In this document: positions 40,827 through 58,261 of the stretch, one piece after another | Layout: every line of letters starts with the position of its first letter | Position numbering within the stretch: position 1 is the first letter of the stretch | From: the human T2T-CHM13v2.0 reference genome, Homo sapiens | Assembly (NCBI RefSeq): GCF_009914755.1 | Contig: NC_060926.1 | Strand: one strand, 5' to 3' | Length of the DNA stretch: 64,000 nt | Program-made: the position numbers and the translations under genes | The notes under the pieces: model-generated | Told to the model about the DNA's origin: nothing | What the model saw: the letters and a program-made list of their open reading frames with translations, nothing else | Databases searched by the model: none

Positions 40827-42754
40827 TGATACATTTCATTTGATTCTTAAACTCTTTTAATTTATAGGGTCTTTTTTCCTTTTTTCTTTCAACTTATTTG
40901 TATGGGTTAATTTGTTCTCTAAAGCTTTCCACATTCTGGAGTTTGCCTATTGCATACCTATGATGTGATTTAACAAGCTCCTCTACCCCTATATTTCCTG
41001 TAAAATATAGTTAGATCTAAAAATTTGACTTTTCTTTCTCTTTTTTCAAGACTACTTCTTGGGTGATATTGTTGACCTCCACCAGGAGGTGGATGTCTAG
41101 TTATCTCTCTCTCTCTCTTTTTTTTTTGGTGATATTAGCAGCCATTGATTACCTTGTTTAAATCAATGATTTCATCAGGGAGGTTATTGCTTTTTTAAAA
41201 ACAGACTTTAATTTTTAGAGCAGTTTCAGATTTACAGCAAAATTGATGGTGTATGAAGTACAGAGCTTTCATATATCCTCTCCCCTCCAACACACATTCA
41301 AGCTTTCTTCACCATCAGCATCCAACACCAGAGTGGTACATTTATTACAACTGATGAACCAACACTGACACATCATTGTTACCCAAATCCCATAGTTTAC
41401 ATTAGTGTTTACTCTTGGTGTTTTATGTTCTATGGATTTTGACAAATGTATAATGCTGTGTATCCTCTTCTATAGTATCATATAGGATATGATACTATAC
41501 TCCCCTTCCCTTTCCTTCTTTTCTCCTTCCCTTCTTTTCCCCTTCCTTTCCCTTCCCTTCTTTTTCCTTCATTGTCTTGTGTTTTCTGACTTTGGCCTTC
41601 CTAGTAGCATCTTTCTTTACCTCTGTACCCTGGCTGTGTCTATATGTCTCTATATGTAATCTATCTGTTCTTCCCTATCTTTCCCTTCCCTTCCTTTCTC
41701 TCCTTTAACTGCCCATATTATGGGAAAAAGAGAAAAAAATTGAGGATGGTTTTGTTTTGCCTTAATTTAAAATTCTTAATTCATAATATGTGGCAAATTT
41801 GTTTGTTTTTGAAAATTAAACTAAATTAAGTATTTTTTATTTGTGATTTTCAACTATCTACACCCGCCCCCCACCGACCCCTGCCCCACCCCAATTCCTT
41901 GGGTCTTATGAGATCCAGTGAGGAGTCTTTAAAAAAGGATCCTTGTTCCCGATTCAAGGGAAGCAAACCACAGAGGTTTGTTGCCATCAGGGCCAACCAC
42001 TGGTCTTGGTAAGTTTGACAGGAAGGACTTCTCTCCTTTGAAGTTGTTCTTTGAGGATGTTGGGTATAAAGTTATTTAATTCTATGTGCTATATCTTTAA
42101 GCAAAAATACACCAGGATTGGTTATTTTAGACATACTGCTACTCCCATTACCAAAAAAAAAAAAAAAAAGAGAGAGAATTACAAATCTCTCAGAGTTTCC
42201 ATGTGTTAGCAAAACCTGTAGTCATTTCTTTTTGTCACAACACTTTAAATTTATTTAGTGCATATTTTGTTACACTTCAGAAGGACTTTTTTTCTTTACA
42301 ATTACTTCATAATCTAAAAGTCGACAGGAAATACAGACAGCAGATGAATTCTCATGCACTGATGAAGTCACCTTTTTTGGCCTTTGCAAGACTAAGTGTT
42401 AATAACTTAGAGTAACTGAATCCTTCGCCATCTTTAACAATTTCCATGGGACTGTGGCCTATCTGATGTTTATGTTGCTGAAATCAGCTTGCCTTTTCTC
42501 ATTCAACCATGTCCTAAGACTCAAACAACTGTATTTATCTTAACCAAAAAGGAATATTTTGCCACTAAAAGCAGTACTCAGCTAAAGCCAGTGCAACTCT
42601 ATAGTTTAGCTTTGTACATTTTTCCCTTTGTTTATCAATGAATGGCATCACTTCTGTAACAATTAACTAAATTGTCTGCAGAAAAAAAGTCACAGATAAA
42701 TATTTTATTGCCAGATAAATCTTGGTGATCTTTATACTCAATGTTCTAGTACAT

Positions 42755-43080
42755 GTTTTTTTTGTTTGTTTGTCTTTTGAGACAGGGTCTTGCTCTGTCA
42801 TCCAGGCTGGAGTGCAGTGATGCGATCTCAGCTCACTGCAACTTCTGTTTCCTGTGCTCAAGCAATCCTCCCACCTCAGCCTCTGGAGTAGCTAGGGCTG
42901 CAGGCATGTGCCACCACACCCAGTTAATTTTTTTTAACCTTTTTTTTTTTTTTTTTGTAGAGACGATGTCTCACCACATTACCCAGATTAGTCTCGAACT
43001 TGTCAGCTCAAGCAATCCTCCAGCCTCAGCCTTCCAAAGTGCTGGGATTACCGGCATGAGCCACCACCCACGCCTGGCCC
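42755..43080 (-). mobile_element. Alu (AluJ-like)
   Basis: Diverged TSD ctagtacat/ctagtgcat. Confidence 0.85.
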
Positions 43081-43368
43081 TAGTGCATCTTTATTATTGT
43101 TGTTCACAAGTTTGGAAGCAATGTGATCAAATCAACCCAGTTCTACTTATGAGTACTCCTGTGAGATAGAAAAGCAGCAAAGAGCATATTTGGAAAATAC
43201 TGACATATGGGATTCATTCCCAAGTATCTAATTAGGTGGATACCTTAATATATTACATTTATTTATGCTGACCAACTGGGGTAGATTATTCCCCTATAAA
43301 AGTATGTGTCTTTTTATTTTATCCTTTTGGGCTTGATCCCTTGCCTGTGTTTGATTCAGGCATGGTAG

Positions 43369-43849
<481 letters not shown>

Positions 43850-44319
43850 TAATAAATCAATACTGCTCAGTCATTCTAATATCCATGACCTTGTAATGGA
43901 TATTACATTGCAATGCTTTGCTATATGAGGCCCACCCTTCATTATATGGAAAGCAAATTATTTAATGATCTTGCTTTTCAACTTCTGCAAGAAGAATCCT
44001 ACTTTATAATCATGGAGTACTATGCCAAAATAATTGTGTTGTAAATGTGATTAGAATGATTAATTAATTTGCATTAAACATATAAAAATTATAATCAACT
44101 TGCTGATTTCACTGATAACATGTCAGTAAATTTTGACACATTCTTGAGTTCAAGTTTTCTAAGAAGCTTTAAAAAGATATTTTATAAACATATGGCCTTC
44201 CCTTTCTTATGAGATCCCATCCAAGTAGTGTAGCATGACATGCAAAGATCCGTGTGTCCCTCTCCTTATTTACAGCCTTATATCTGGCCATGTCCCCCCT
44301 TCTCTCTCTATATATATAT

Positions 44320-45645
44320 TTTAAAATAATTTTAACTGTTATTTTAGACTCAGAGGGTACATGTGCAGGTTTGCTACATGGTTATATTACGTGATGCTGA
44401 GGTTTGGGATATGGATGATTCCATCTCCCAGGCAGTGAACATAGTACCCAATAGTTTTTCAGCCCATGTCCCCGTCTCTTGCTCCCTGTCTCATAGTCCT
44501 CAGTGTCTGTTGTCCCTATCTTTATGCCCTTGTGTATTTAATGTTTAGCTCCCACTTATAAGTGAGAGCATGTGGTATTTAGTTTTCAGTTCCTGCATTA
44601 ATTCTCTTAGGATAATGACCTCCAGTTGCATCCATGTTGCTACAAAGGACATGATCTCATTCTTTTTTATGGCAGTGTAGTGTTCCCTGGTGTGTATGTA
44701 CCACATTTTCTTTATCTAACTCACCATTGATGGGCACCTTGGTTGATTCCATGTCTTTGCTATTGCGAATTGCACTGTGATAAACATAGAAGTGCATGTG
44801 TCTTTTTGGTAGAACGATTTATTTTCCTTTGACTATATACCCAGTAACTGGATTGCTGGGTCAAATGGTACTTCTGTTTCTTTGAGAAACCTCTGACTGC
44901 TTTTTATAGTGGCTGAACTAATTTACATTCCCACCAACAGTGTATAAGTGTTCCCATTTCTCCACAGCATTGCCAGCATCTGTTATTTTTTACTTTTTTA
45001 ATAATAGCCATTCTGACTGGTGTGAAATGGTATCTCATTATTGTTTGATTTGCATTTCTCTGGTGATTAGCAATGATGAGCATTTTTTCATATGTTTCTT
45101 GGCTGCCTGTATATCTTCTTTTGTTTTATTTAATTATTTTTTTTTCAAGACAGGGTCTTCCTCTGTTGCCCAGGCTGGAGTGCAGCAGCATGATCATGGC
45201 TCTCTGCAGCCTTGACCTCTCAGGCTCAAGTGATTCTCCCACTTCGGCCTTTTGAGTAGCTGGGACCACAGGCATATGCCACTATACTCAGCTAATATTT
45301 TAGAATTTTTTTTGTAGAGATGCGTTCCCACTCTTTTGCCCAGGCTGGCCTCAAACTCCTGGGCTCAAGCTGTCCTCCCTCCTCGGCCTCCCAAAGTGTT
45401 GGGACTACAGGCATGAGCCACCACACCCAGCCTGTGTTTTCTTTTGAGAAGTGTCTGTTCATGTCCTTTGCCCATAGCTTCTGCACAGCAAAAGAAACTA
45501 TCAATAGAGTAAACATACAGCCTACAGAATAGGAGAAAATATTCACCAACTATGCATCCAACAATGGTCTAATATCCCGAATCTATAAGGAAGTTGTTAT
45601 TGTATGAATCTAAACAATCTAAACAAATCTAAACAAATCAACAAG
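44320..45645 (-). mobile_element. 5'-truncated older L1P with 5' inversion, interrupted by an Alu (45118-45432)
   Basis: Antisense L1 3'UTR and ORF2 end to about 45474, then a sense-orientation ORF2 fragment at about 45475-45645. Confidence 0.75.
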
Positions 45646-45929
45646 TAAATTTTAAGTAACTGGAAAGTAGTCTGGGATTTAAAATACTCTAAACAATTTC
45701 TTTTGTCATTCTATTTGGAAACAATCAGGAATCTTTGTCATGCCACAGCAATTTATATATAGAAATAGAAACTTGCAACCCCCTCTTAAAAATACAGTCA
45801 CATCTTGATTATGTATAGTGGACAGGAATGAGGTTAGAAATGGGAAGAAGGAAATAATGATATGAATAATTACAATGGGAGTAATATTTGCAGCTCCTGC
45901 TTTCTCCTATGGAAAATAGCCCTGGAAGC

Positions 45930-46555
45930 TGTATTGGGATCCCCAACAGTACTCTTGGGTTCAGTGATTTGCTAGAATAACTCATGGGACCCAGAAAAGC
46001 TGTTTTGCTCATGGTCACCGTTTATTACAGTGAAAAGATACAGATTAAAATCAACAAAGGAAAAGGGCACATAGAGTGGTGTCCAGGAGAAATCAGGTAT
46101 GAGCTTCCAGTTGTCTTTCTGCTGTGGGGTTGCACAGGGATGCACTTAATCCTCCCATCAATGTGTGACAACATGTATGAAACATTGCCAACAAATAAGC
46201 TTACTCAAGCCTTGGTGTCCAGGATTTTTATTAGAGGTCAGTCATGTAGGTCTGAAATATCCACCTGACTGATCTTAGTCAGTCTCCAGCCCACCCAGAG
46301 GTCAAACTGATAAATTTTGGCCCAGGGCCCCAGGTGAACACAAAAACAGGCACTCACCATAAGTCAGACCATTAGCATAAACTATGTGGTGTGGCCCAAG
46401 ATCTCACTTATATTAATACAAAGGCAGCCTTAACAGTCAAGATATTCCAGGGCATCAGAGGTTGTCTCCCAAGAGCCAGTGAAGGACCAGTCCTTTCTTT
46501 GGAATGTGGAGGATCTGTACACCCCAAATCTACTGAGTTAACCCTTTGCTGAACA
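45930..46555. mobile_element. MER21-like LTR
   Basis: TG...CA ends; gtttattacagtgaaaagatacagattaaaatc and ttaaccctttgctgaaca are MER21-type motifs. Confidence 0.65.
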
Positions 46556-48479
46556 GGAGTTTAGGGACCTTGGGATCAAGAAGGTTTGGGAGAAGTGGGT
46601 GAGGAGTGTGCTGAGGTGGGTGGATACAATCAGAGGTTCTCCTAGAAGTAAAGAAGCAAAGTAGCCTAAAAACAGGAAGCATTCCACACTGGAGGCTATC
46701 CGTGTATACACATTTGTGAGGGTTTATTTAACAAGCAATTTGAATTCACAGGTGTTTGTTATTGGCCAGTCTCTGAGTAGTTAAAATTCTTAAATGGTTC
46801 TGGTTAAATGAATGGAAAAACAAGTGAGCTATTTTCCATATGGTTGTGGTGAGATGTTTTAAAAGGCATCTTGGCTTTTCTGTGGACCTCTTAGCTTTTC
46901 TGTAGACCTCTTATTCATATTAATTACCAAGGAAGGCTAAATCCTGTCTACAGAACTTGGTCTTAATAGGATCAGTTGGTAAGTAGGTTGCTTGTAACTA
47001 CTTTGTGGTCTCTTTCTCTAAGAGATTTTGCCCCTTTTGCCAATATTTTTCTTGCCTAGGAAAATTGTTTGTCTAAAAGTAATGGTTGAATTAAAGAGCT
47101 TCAGACAGCAAGGATGCATCCGAGGAGCTCTGTAGCATTCACTCATACAATAACAACTTCCAAATTGAATGTGTTATTCAGGGTAAAAGAGTAGTTCCAA
47201 ACCATAGTTTTTCAGGTCTATAGACCTTTCCTAAGCAACAATAGGACTATTTTATGTGGCAACCCAATGTCTGTAGGGTGGCTTGCTTTAACTTAATAAA
47301 AGGACACTAGATGTAGGTCTGGTAGCATTTATTTTTATTCTTACTCAGTTACTTTTGTTTTTCTTGAGGTTTACTTCTATTACTCTGTGCCCAGAGGAGA
47401 ACTATCATTTTGGACTTGGGCTCTGCTCCTCGTTCCCTGCTTCCTCAGCTACAGAATGTCGTATGTGGAACTGGCTATAGCTATACCATCTTAAGATTAC
47501 TGTTCAGCTGTCTGTCCTGCTTGGGCAGTTTTGCATGACATCATTTCTGATGCAGACCTTTGTCTTGATACAGATCTTTGTCCTTCAGCTCATGCAGAAA
47601 GCCCACTATATTTCTTAGAATCTAAGGTAACTTAAATTATCATTTGGATAGTAGAATACATTTTTCTTCTTCTTCAACTTTTTTTTTTTGTGCTTTTATT
47701 TTCCTAGTTTCCAGCCATGTGGTTGGTATTTAAATAGAACAGTTTTGGCATCTGAATTGATTTACATTTATGCAGTGAACCCACAGATGAAACCTGGCAT
47801 TCATGGTTCAAAAAAATAAATCCAAACCAACCTTTATACCTTTTCAGGAGAAAACCCTCATTAGTCAAATATTTTTTAGCTTTAAGTAAGGATTCCTTTT
47901 GACTTTTCAGAAGTGTTTTTAATAATTTCAGATTTTCATCTTAACTATCATCTTTAATTTCTCAAATGCTTTCACATTATTTTTTCTCTTTGCCTCTATA
48001 ATCTGAAACGTTGCTAAAATTTTAGTCTTACCTATTTGGAGTATGTAGAATGAAAGTCTTAATATTGTATATAGTACTCAATACTTTATTTTCCTTCTTA
48101 CTACAATTAACATCTCAAACATCTCTTATTTGGATCTCCTTGTGAAGTTTCTGCTGAGGCATCCAATCAACTAGACCATCTACAATCAAGGATCAAGTTT
48201 GTGAGTCAAAGAACTAAAGGAGAGAAAAGTGAGAACTAAAAGGTGGTGATAGGAAAATCTAAACTTTACTATGAGTTGAATAGACTTATATTATCCATGT
48301 AGGTTGGCAAACACAATATGCAGATATGCCTTTCTGAGATTTTATATGCCTGGATGTGTTTTACAGAATATCCAAGCAGGGCCAATCTATCTTAGATATT
48401 AAACTTGCAGCACCACTCAACCTCCAGCCACACACTCAGTCTCTTTTACCCTGTTCTGTTTTTTTCCCATTACCCTTAT

Positions 48480-48981
48480 TGATGCAGGATTTTTTGCTTC
48501 TTAGCTCAGCTACATCTGGGTTCTTGTCTCACGACCAGGAAGAAGTAGTTGCACGGACACTCAAAGAATGAGCAAGGCAGGAAGTTTTATTGAATGATGA
48601 AACAGCTTTTAGCGGAGAGGGGATGTTGGGGGTGGTCCCCCCACCCGAAGCAGGAGATTTCCCAATATGGCTGAGCCCGGGGCTTTTTATGGGCTCAGAA
48701 TAGGGAGTGCGTGCTGATTGGCTTGTGAGTAAGCAAAAAAGGTTAAAGTAAAGACATCACTCAAAAGTGGGCATGATAGTTTAGAAAACCAATTAGGAAA
48801 GGGTAGGTATATGTAAAATAGGTGAAGGATGGGATCAATCGAAAGAAAGTGTGCCAAACGGGAAGGCAGGTTCTCAATCTGGTTCAAGGATTTACCAGGG
48901 ACTGTTTCCAGCTTGAAGGTTGGGTTTCACCGGGGACCTGCCCCATCTGCCTAGGCATTTGTCTGCCTCCCGCCTCTATCA
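48480..48981 (-). mobile_element. ERV1-class solo LTR (exact family uncertain)
   Basis: TG...CA termini, 4-bp TSD TTAT (48476-48479 and 48982-48985), AATAAA on the minus strand near 48585-48590. Inserted into an L2 remnant. Confidence 0.75.
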
Positions 48982-49845
48982 TTATCACCTGAGTAATGTA
49001 AAGTACTGTTCTTTTTTTAAAAAAACATATTTATTATATTTGTGATCTCTCTTACCCATTAGAATTAATTTCTTGAACTCCTGGACTCAAGCTATCTGCC
49101 TGCCTCGGCCTCCCAAAGTGCTGGGATTACAGGTGTGAGCCACTGTGCCAGGCCTAGAATGTAATTTCTATGCAGGCAGAGATTTGGGGGTCTAGTTTAT
49201 TTGCTGATGCTTTCTCAGGGCCTGGAATAAGCCGGACACTTGACAGGTTTTCAGTGAATATTTGTTAAATGAATGAATCAAGAAGCCCTCATTGAGTGTA
49301 CTCTCCTACCTATATCTAGACTCTAATACATTTTTATTTTTTATGATTCCATCATTTGGGGCTTTAAGGTTGTTTTCCCACCCCCCTTTCCATTGTGTAT
49401 ATGTTTCTTTTTCACCTAGGTTCAAGTTTTTTCCCATAATACATTATTATACCAGGCCATCCAGTCTGGGTCTCACCTCACCACTCACCTGTGTTAATTT
49501 ATACTCTTTGTTTAAAATATGAAAAAATGAGGGCTGGAAACTTTCTGTTTCTATACTCATATAAACACTTTGCATATTGTCATCGCTCTAGGAAACATGT
49601 ACATTACTTTATATGATAGCAATATTCTGAGAATTTCTTATGTTTGTATGTACCTCCAAGGTAACACCACTTGGTGAAATAGGCTTGAGACTTTATAATC
49701 ATTAAATATATTAAACCTTGCTGTTTAATATTTTCCTTTTTGAAGTCTTTTAGGAATCTACATAATATTAAGGTAAAATTCTAGGTTTAATACTGTGATA
49801 ACCTGAGTACACACACAATTTTAATATTTTATCCTTTGAATTTAG

Positions 49846-50058
<213 letters not shown>

Positions 50059-50247
50059 TAAAAAGAGAGAGCCTAAATTTCTATATTTGGGGAGAAATAT
50101 TGCTTATTCGGTCAACCCATAGGATTGCATCACATTTATTGGTGAAAGGTGCAAGTAAAATGGCATTCCTTTAAGTTCAGAGTGATTCCAAGGCAAGATC
50201 TAACACTTTTTGGATGTGAGAATGCTCGTTAATATTCAAACATTTGA

Positions 50248-50556
50248 GTTTATTTATTTATCTGAGACAGAGTCTTGCTCTGTCACCCAAGCTGAAGTGC
50301 AGTGGCTCGATCTCAGCTCACTGCAACCTCTGCAAGTCCACCCACAACCAACAGGTTCAAGTGATTCTTGTGCCTCAGCCTCCCGAGTAGCTGGGACTAT
50401 GGGCATACACCACGACACCCAGCTAATTTTTGTATTTTTTTTTTAAGAAGAGACAGGGTTTTGCCATGTTGGCCAGGCCTGTCTTGAACTCCTGATCCAC
50501 ACACCTCAGCCTCCCAACCTGCTGGGATTACAGGCATGAGCCACCATGCCCAGCCA
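50248..50556 (-). mobile_element. Alu
   Basis: Antisense Alu consensus. Confidence 0.85.
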
Positions 50557-50789
50557 GATGTTAGAGTTTAAATGTAGTATTTAAGTTGGGAACATTTGGT
50601 TATCAGCAGGTATGCCCCTAAATTGTTTGCAACCCATCTTTGCTTCAGATTGTTAGAATGTTGGAAATGTTTATAGAACATTACATTTTAAATATTTATA
50701 TTTGATGCCAATCCTTCTGCTTAGAAATGTGTACACCATTTTTGAACCACTTTATTGGAATCAAGTAATCTAGTTTAAAAAATGTATTA

Positions 50790-51128
<339 letters not shown>

Positions 51129-51686
51129 TTAACATCATTTAAATATGACCACTATGAAATCATTTTGTTAAATGTGTTGTTTATTTTCAGCATTTTTTCC
51201 CCATTTCTTGATAAAGACCAGTGTTTCTTTAGGTCAGTGGTTTTCAGCTTTCTACCACCCCTAGACCCTGCCTATTGCGATTTATTTGGTAAACACATTC
51301 TCAATAGTTTTGTGACCATAACCAGATTTTAAGGCTGGTAAATGAGAGCTAGAATTTCACTATGTTTATTTTTCTTGCATCTTTGAAAGCTAGTATTTGA
51401 GGGGAAAAAAAAAGCCATGCCCCTAAGGAGAGTCTTATTCTCTTCTCCCCAACGTGGTTGACCCCTAAATCCTAGACCATTCCCAGAAATGGCTTATTTT
51501 GTTGATAAATTCAGTGGATTGACTTCAGTGTATGATCTTTCAGAGAAAGAGAATAGCGGTTGTTAAAACTAGTAATACATGCATGTGGCTTTGTGGTTTC
51601 TTATTGTATCTACCGAATAATTTTTTCTTTTAAAAACCTATTTGGTAATTTGAAAGCAGATATAGTAACTTGGAATCAAGTTTTAA

Positions 51687-51908
<222 letters not shown>

Positions 51909-52485
51909 TGATACATCATCAGAATATGTGATTACTCTGAGTAAAACAAAGAATTTTGATCGGTTGGTGATACTGCTATCTTTTGATAAATGAGATATAG
52001 GTAGCTTTCATTTTAATATCCAGTGTATTTTAAAAATTAAACATATTAATAGACTCATGAGGATCAGTGTGAATAACTTTATTCTAATAAGTTAATTTTA
52101 GTTCTAATTAATTTCAAATAATAATAGGACATACATCTATATCTCATAAAATTAATGTTTTTGGTAGCTGAGAAGCACACGTTTTCATTTCTATGGCAGT
52201 TTAAAGCTGAAATCGTTTCCTTTAAAATAATTTTACAGTGGAAAAGGCATAAGGGGTGAAAACATTTAAAACTCTTAGTTCTGAAAAATGTAAATATTGA
52301 TACCATAATTATCTAGGTCGATAGCCTATTCTGATAAATTAATCTGAGATTTGTTTATCATTTCCTTTGTATTTTGCTTACACATGTAGAGAAACTAAAT
52401 ATTAACATTTTCTAATATTATAATTTATTAGTACATTTTTATAATATTATCTCTATATGAAAAGAATACCATTATGTTCTCTTAG

Positions 52486-52587
<102 letters not shown>

Positions 52588-53533
52588 TAGCTTAGTTGGA
52601 TTTATTTGACTATATAGGCTTTTACTTTTTTTGATGTTTTAAAGATGCGATTATGGATGTCATCCAAGAAGCTGTTGCCATAAAATGAAAGAGAATTACT
52701 AAACAAACCAGAAGTCCTGCATTCGAGTGAATGTTGGGCCTGAAAGTGGAAGGCAAAAAAGAGATGGAATTGATGATGTCTACCAAAGTGGTCACTACGT
52801 AGATCAGAAAAACATGACCAAATACTAATTTTGCCTCTCTCTATTCTAAAAGACCTTCCATTGGTACACTTTTTAGAACCAAACTAAGTTCCAGAGAGTC
52901 CAGCTTGCTAAAAGTACTGTACAGAGACATTAGCCTGGGAGGTCAGACATATGGATGATGGGTACCAATCTCTAATGGTAAGGACATTTTGCTCCTTCTA
53001 AGTGATGTAGTTCTGTATCTCCCTGTTTTCTTGAAAGAACACAGGGGACTTTACCACACAAGATAGTGAGTTAGAGGTAGTTGTATCAGAGAGACATGCA
53101 CTCCAGAAGTCCAAGAAGACTTGAATTTTGGCCTTAGAGAATAGACCTTTTAATGGAGATTAGGGGAGTCACAGATACCATACATTTGTAGCTGCATTGA
53201 ACACTTTGGAGGAGGTTTCTTGGCATCACACATGCTGAACACATTATTGAACTTGGCATTAATTGAGGGTAGCTCTGAGGCACTTCCATGTGTTCTTAGA
53301 TGCCTGAGCTGGTGGTTACTTGCATGCAAATGTCATAACTCAGTTCGTTCATGGATCACCAGTGTTCTAATCCTTTCCCCATATGGATCTTCTAGATGAG
53401 GGTTTGAATCCAGTCAGTTAGGAGAATCAATTGATAATCCGCTGATAAACTCAAGAATATCAGTGGTGAGATTGGTCTATTTAAAAAAAACATATATCTC
53501 CAAAATTATTTATAACTTTTGGCTGGGCCACTG

Positions 53534-53848
53534 GGCCAGGCGCAGTGGCTCACTCCTGTAATCCCAGCATTTTGGGAGGCCAAGGTGAGAGGACTGCTTG
53601 AGGCCAGGAGTTTGAGACCAGCCTTGGCAATATAGTGAGACCCCTTCGCTACAAAAAAAGTTTTTTTTAATTAGCTGGCCATGGTGGCACACACCTATAC
53701 TCTCAGCTACTTGGGGGCTGGTTAGGGAGGTGAGGTGGGAGGATCACTTGAGCCCGGGAGTTTGGGGCTGCAGTGAGCCATGATCATGCCACTGTACTCC
53801 AGCCTGGGCAACAAAGAGACACCCTGTCTCAAAAAAAAAAAAAAAAAG
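53534..53848 (+). mobile_element. Alu (AluJ-like)
   Basis: Sense Alu consensus. Confidence 0.85.
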
Positions 53849-54477
53849 TCCAAGAGATGAATTAAATTCATGATTAGATGCTGACCTAATCACTTCACTA
53901 CCTGTATAAATTCTTTACTCACCTCCTCTTTTTTTTTCTCTTTAAAGAAGTGATTAAAGCTCTTTATATTGTGGTTACCATAGACCCAACCTCCCCATCT
54001 ACTTTTTTCTCATGGCTGAAAACTAAGATAAGCAAAAGTCATTACAGTTATCATGGGATGGTTGCCCCAAGGATGATCCAAGTTTCTTTGGTTATTTCGG
54101 CAACCAGGACCTCAGTTTCTTTTTCTTCACAGTGGCATACTGTGCAAATTTTACCAACGCTGAACTGGTATTTGTCAATACTTGACTTTGCAGGAAGCTA
54201 GAGCTCTCTAGTTATTTATAATCTGTTTGTGTTTTGTCGTTGCTTAGAACTAACTACTCTTAAAGGGATTAGATATTTTTCTTTCTCCAGTTAAAAATAT
54301 TTTGAACATTCAAAATATGTAAAACAGAATTTAAACATTGGGATGTGATGCTTGTCATTGAAGGTTCTATGTTATAGTACATCAATAAAGATGAACTTTA
54401 GGCTTTTTTTCTGGCATAAAGAGTGATTTGTTCAAGTTTTTATATGCCTTGGTTCTATGTTTAACAAACTTCTATAA

Positions 54478-54780
<303 letters not shown>

Positions 54781-55589
54781 TAATTTTCCTTATTTTTTTC
54801 TGACAATTTGATGTTTTATGAGAATGTTTCTAAAGAGCAATACAACATTTAACTTTGTGTGTCTAATTATTTTGTGTTTTCTGAGAGCCTTTGCATAGGA
54901 GAAACTGATTTTTCCTTCGTAATATATTTTTCCTGCTGTAGGTGGAAGGTGGGTATTTAAAATTAAAAAGTTTACTGTCCCATCTGCAAGATGCTGTACT
55001 TGTTTTAGCTGAGTTTCAGATTAGAACTGTGAATTTCCTATTCATTATTTATTTAAAATATAAAACATTACTTAATATTACACATAAAACATTATTTAAA
55101 ATATAAAACATTACTTAATATTACACATGAAATTAAACATTGGCATAGCAAACTTCTAAAGAAAAAAACCCTAGGGGATAAATTGATAACTCTTTGATTT
55201 TCCTTTAATCCTTCCAAGAGGAAAATGTTTTCCTAGATATTTAAACCCTGGTCCTGTATACAGATTTCTACTCTTCTTCTTTTAGTCTTGAAGTGCTTCT
55301 ATCAAAAAAAAAGAAAAAATCCATCTAAATTTTGCTTTGTTGTAGCTGTTGGCTTTGCCACCTCTAGCACAATCACTTTTGTTGACTTTCCCCAAATATT
55401 TTAGAGAGGCCTGAGTTTTCATCCTCTCTACTTTCAGCTCCAACTTCCTTCCCCCAGAAGAGAAAAAGTATAACAGTAAAAGTTGTCTCTATGCTTGGTT
55501 ATGAAATTCTGAAAATGATACATTTTCCAATCCGAAGGCTCCTTTGCTCCTTGCTTTCATGCCATTACTCGCTTTGCTCTTCTCTTCTC

Positions 55590-55893
55590 TCTCTCTTTTT
55601 TTTTTTTTTTGAGACAGGATCTCACTCTGTCTCCCAGGCCGGAGTGCAGTGGCACGATCACAGCTCACTGCGGCCTTGACCTCCCAGACTCAAGTGATCC
55701 TCCCACCTCAGCATCCCTAGTAGCCAGGACTATAGACACATGCCAACATGCCTAGTTAATTTTTGTATTTTTTGTAGAGATGGGGTTTCACCATGTTGCT
55801 CAGGCTGGCCTTGAGCTCCTGGGCTCAAGCAATCTGCCAGCCTTGGCCTCCCAAAAGTGCTGGATTTACCGGTGTGAGCCACTGCACCCGGCC
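55590..55893 (-). mobile_element. Alu (AluJ-like)
   Basis: Antisense Alu consensus. Confidence 0.85.
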
Positions 55894-56710
55894 TACTTGC
55901 ATCTTTTTTTTGCCTTTTGAGAAGCCATTTTCATTTCCTTCCCTTTTTCTAATAGTGGAGTACAGCTGAGATTGCTTGTACTGATGCTCTTGCTCATTTG
56001 CAAATTTAACAAACTTCCTAATACCGAATTTTAGAGTTTATTTGTTCAGCCTCTAGTTCCTTAATTATGAAGGTCCTGTCTATGTTTTCATGTTTTCAAA
56101 GTTTCTTTTCTACACTTCAGTCTAAAAGTTTAATTCCTTGTTTATGAAGCCAATGGTTCATTCTGTTAATTATGTTATACATAAAAATAAACCATATCTA
56201 AAGATATTTTTAAAGAGTGTTATTCTTATTATAAAAACACATTTTGTAGTTATGATTAAACCAAAAGTAGAGCAAGAAAAGCTTTTCTGTGTTTATATTT
56301 TCTTCATGATTTTGCATATCTCAATGTATCGAAGTTTGGTGCAAGGTCTGTTTATTAAACTATAGCTTTGTATTTATTATGCTTAAATTTACTTCATTAT
56401 AATTTAAATATTTAGTTGAAAGGAGGTGTCATTTTCTTTCCTTCTAAAATAGAATTCATGCTGTTCATTTTTTTGGTGACTGCTTTCTTTGATAGTGAAA
56501 GTTGCCCTGTTTCACATTTTGCTTCTTTTATTATCTCTCTTTAGACTCTCAGTTTTTTTTTCCCAACATGTTTTTTTGTAAAAACCAATTTGGAAACTAT
56601 TATATTGACATGTTAGGGCTCTGAGTTTTATATAAAGCTTATAGTTTTCAAAAACTTGTGTTTAAAAAATACATAAGACTAACACAGGATAATGTAAATT
56701 ATTTGTATGA

Positions 56711-56914
<204 letters not shown>

Positions 56915-56956
56915 TAGCTACATAAAGCTAAATGTACAGAAAGATTATATTCTTAA

Positions 56957-57985
<1,029 letters not shown>

Positions 57986-57988
57986 TAG

Positions 57989-58261
<273 letters not shown>

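Noticed and set aside
52640-53420. Balanced-composition stretch that might be an ancient repeat or pseudogene
   Set aside because: No ORF or family I can recognise; needs a Dfam or BLAST search.
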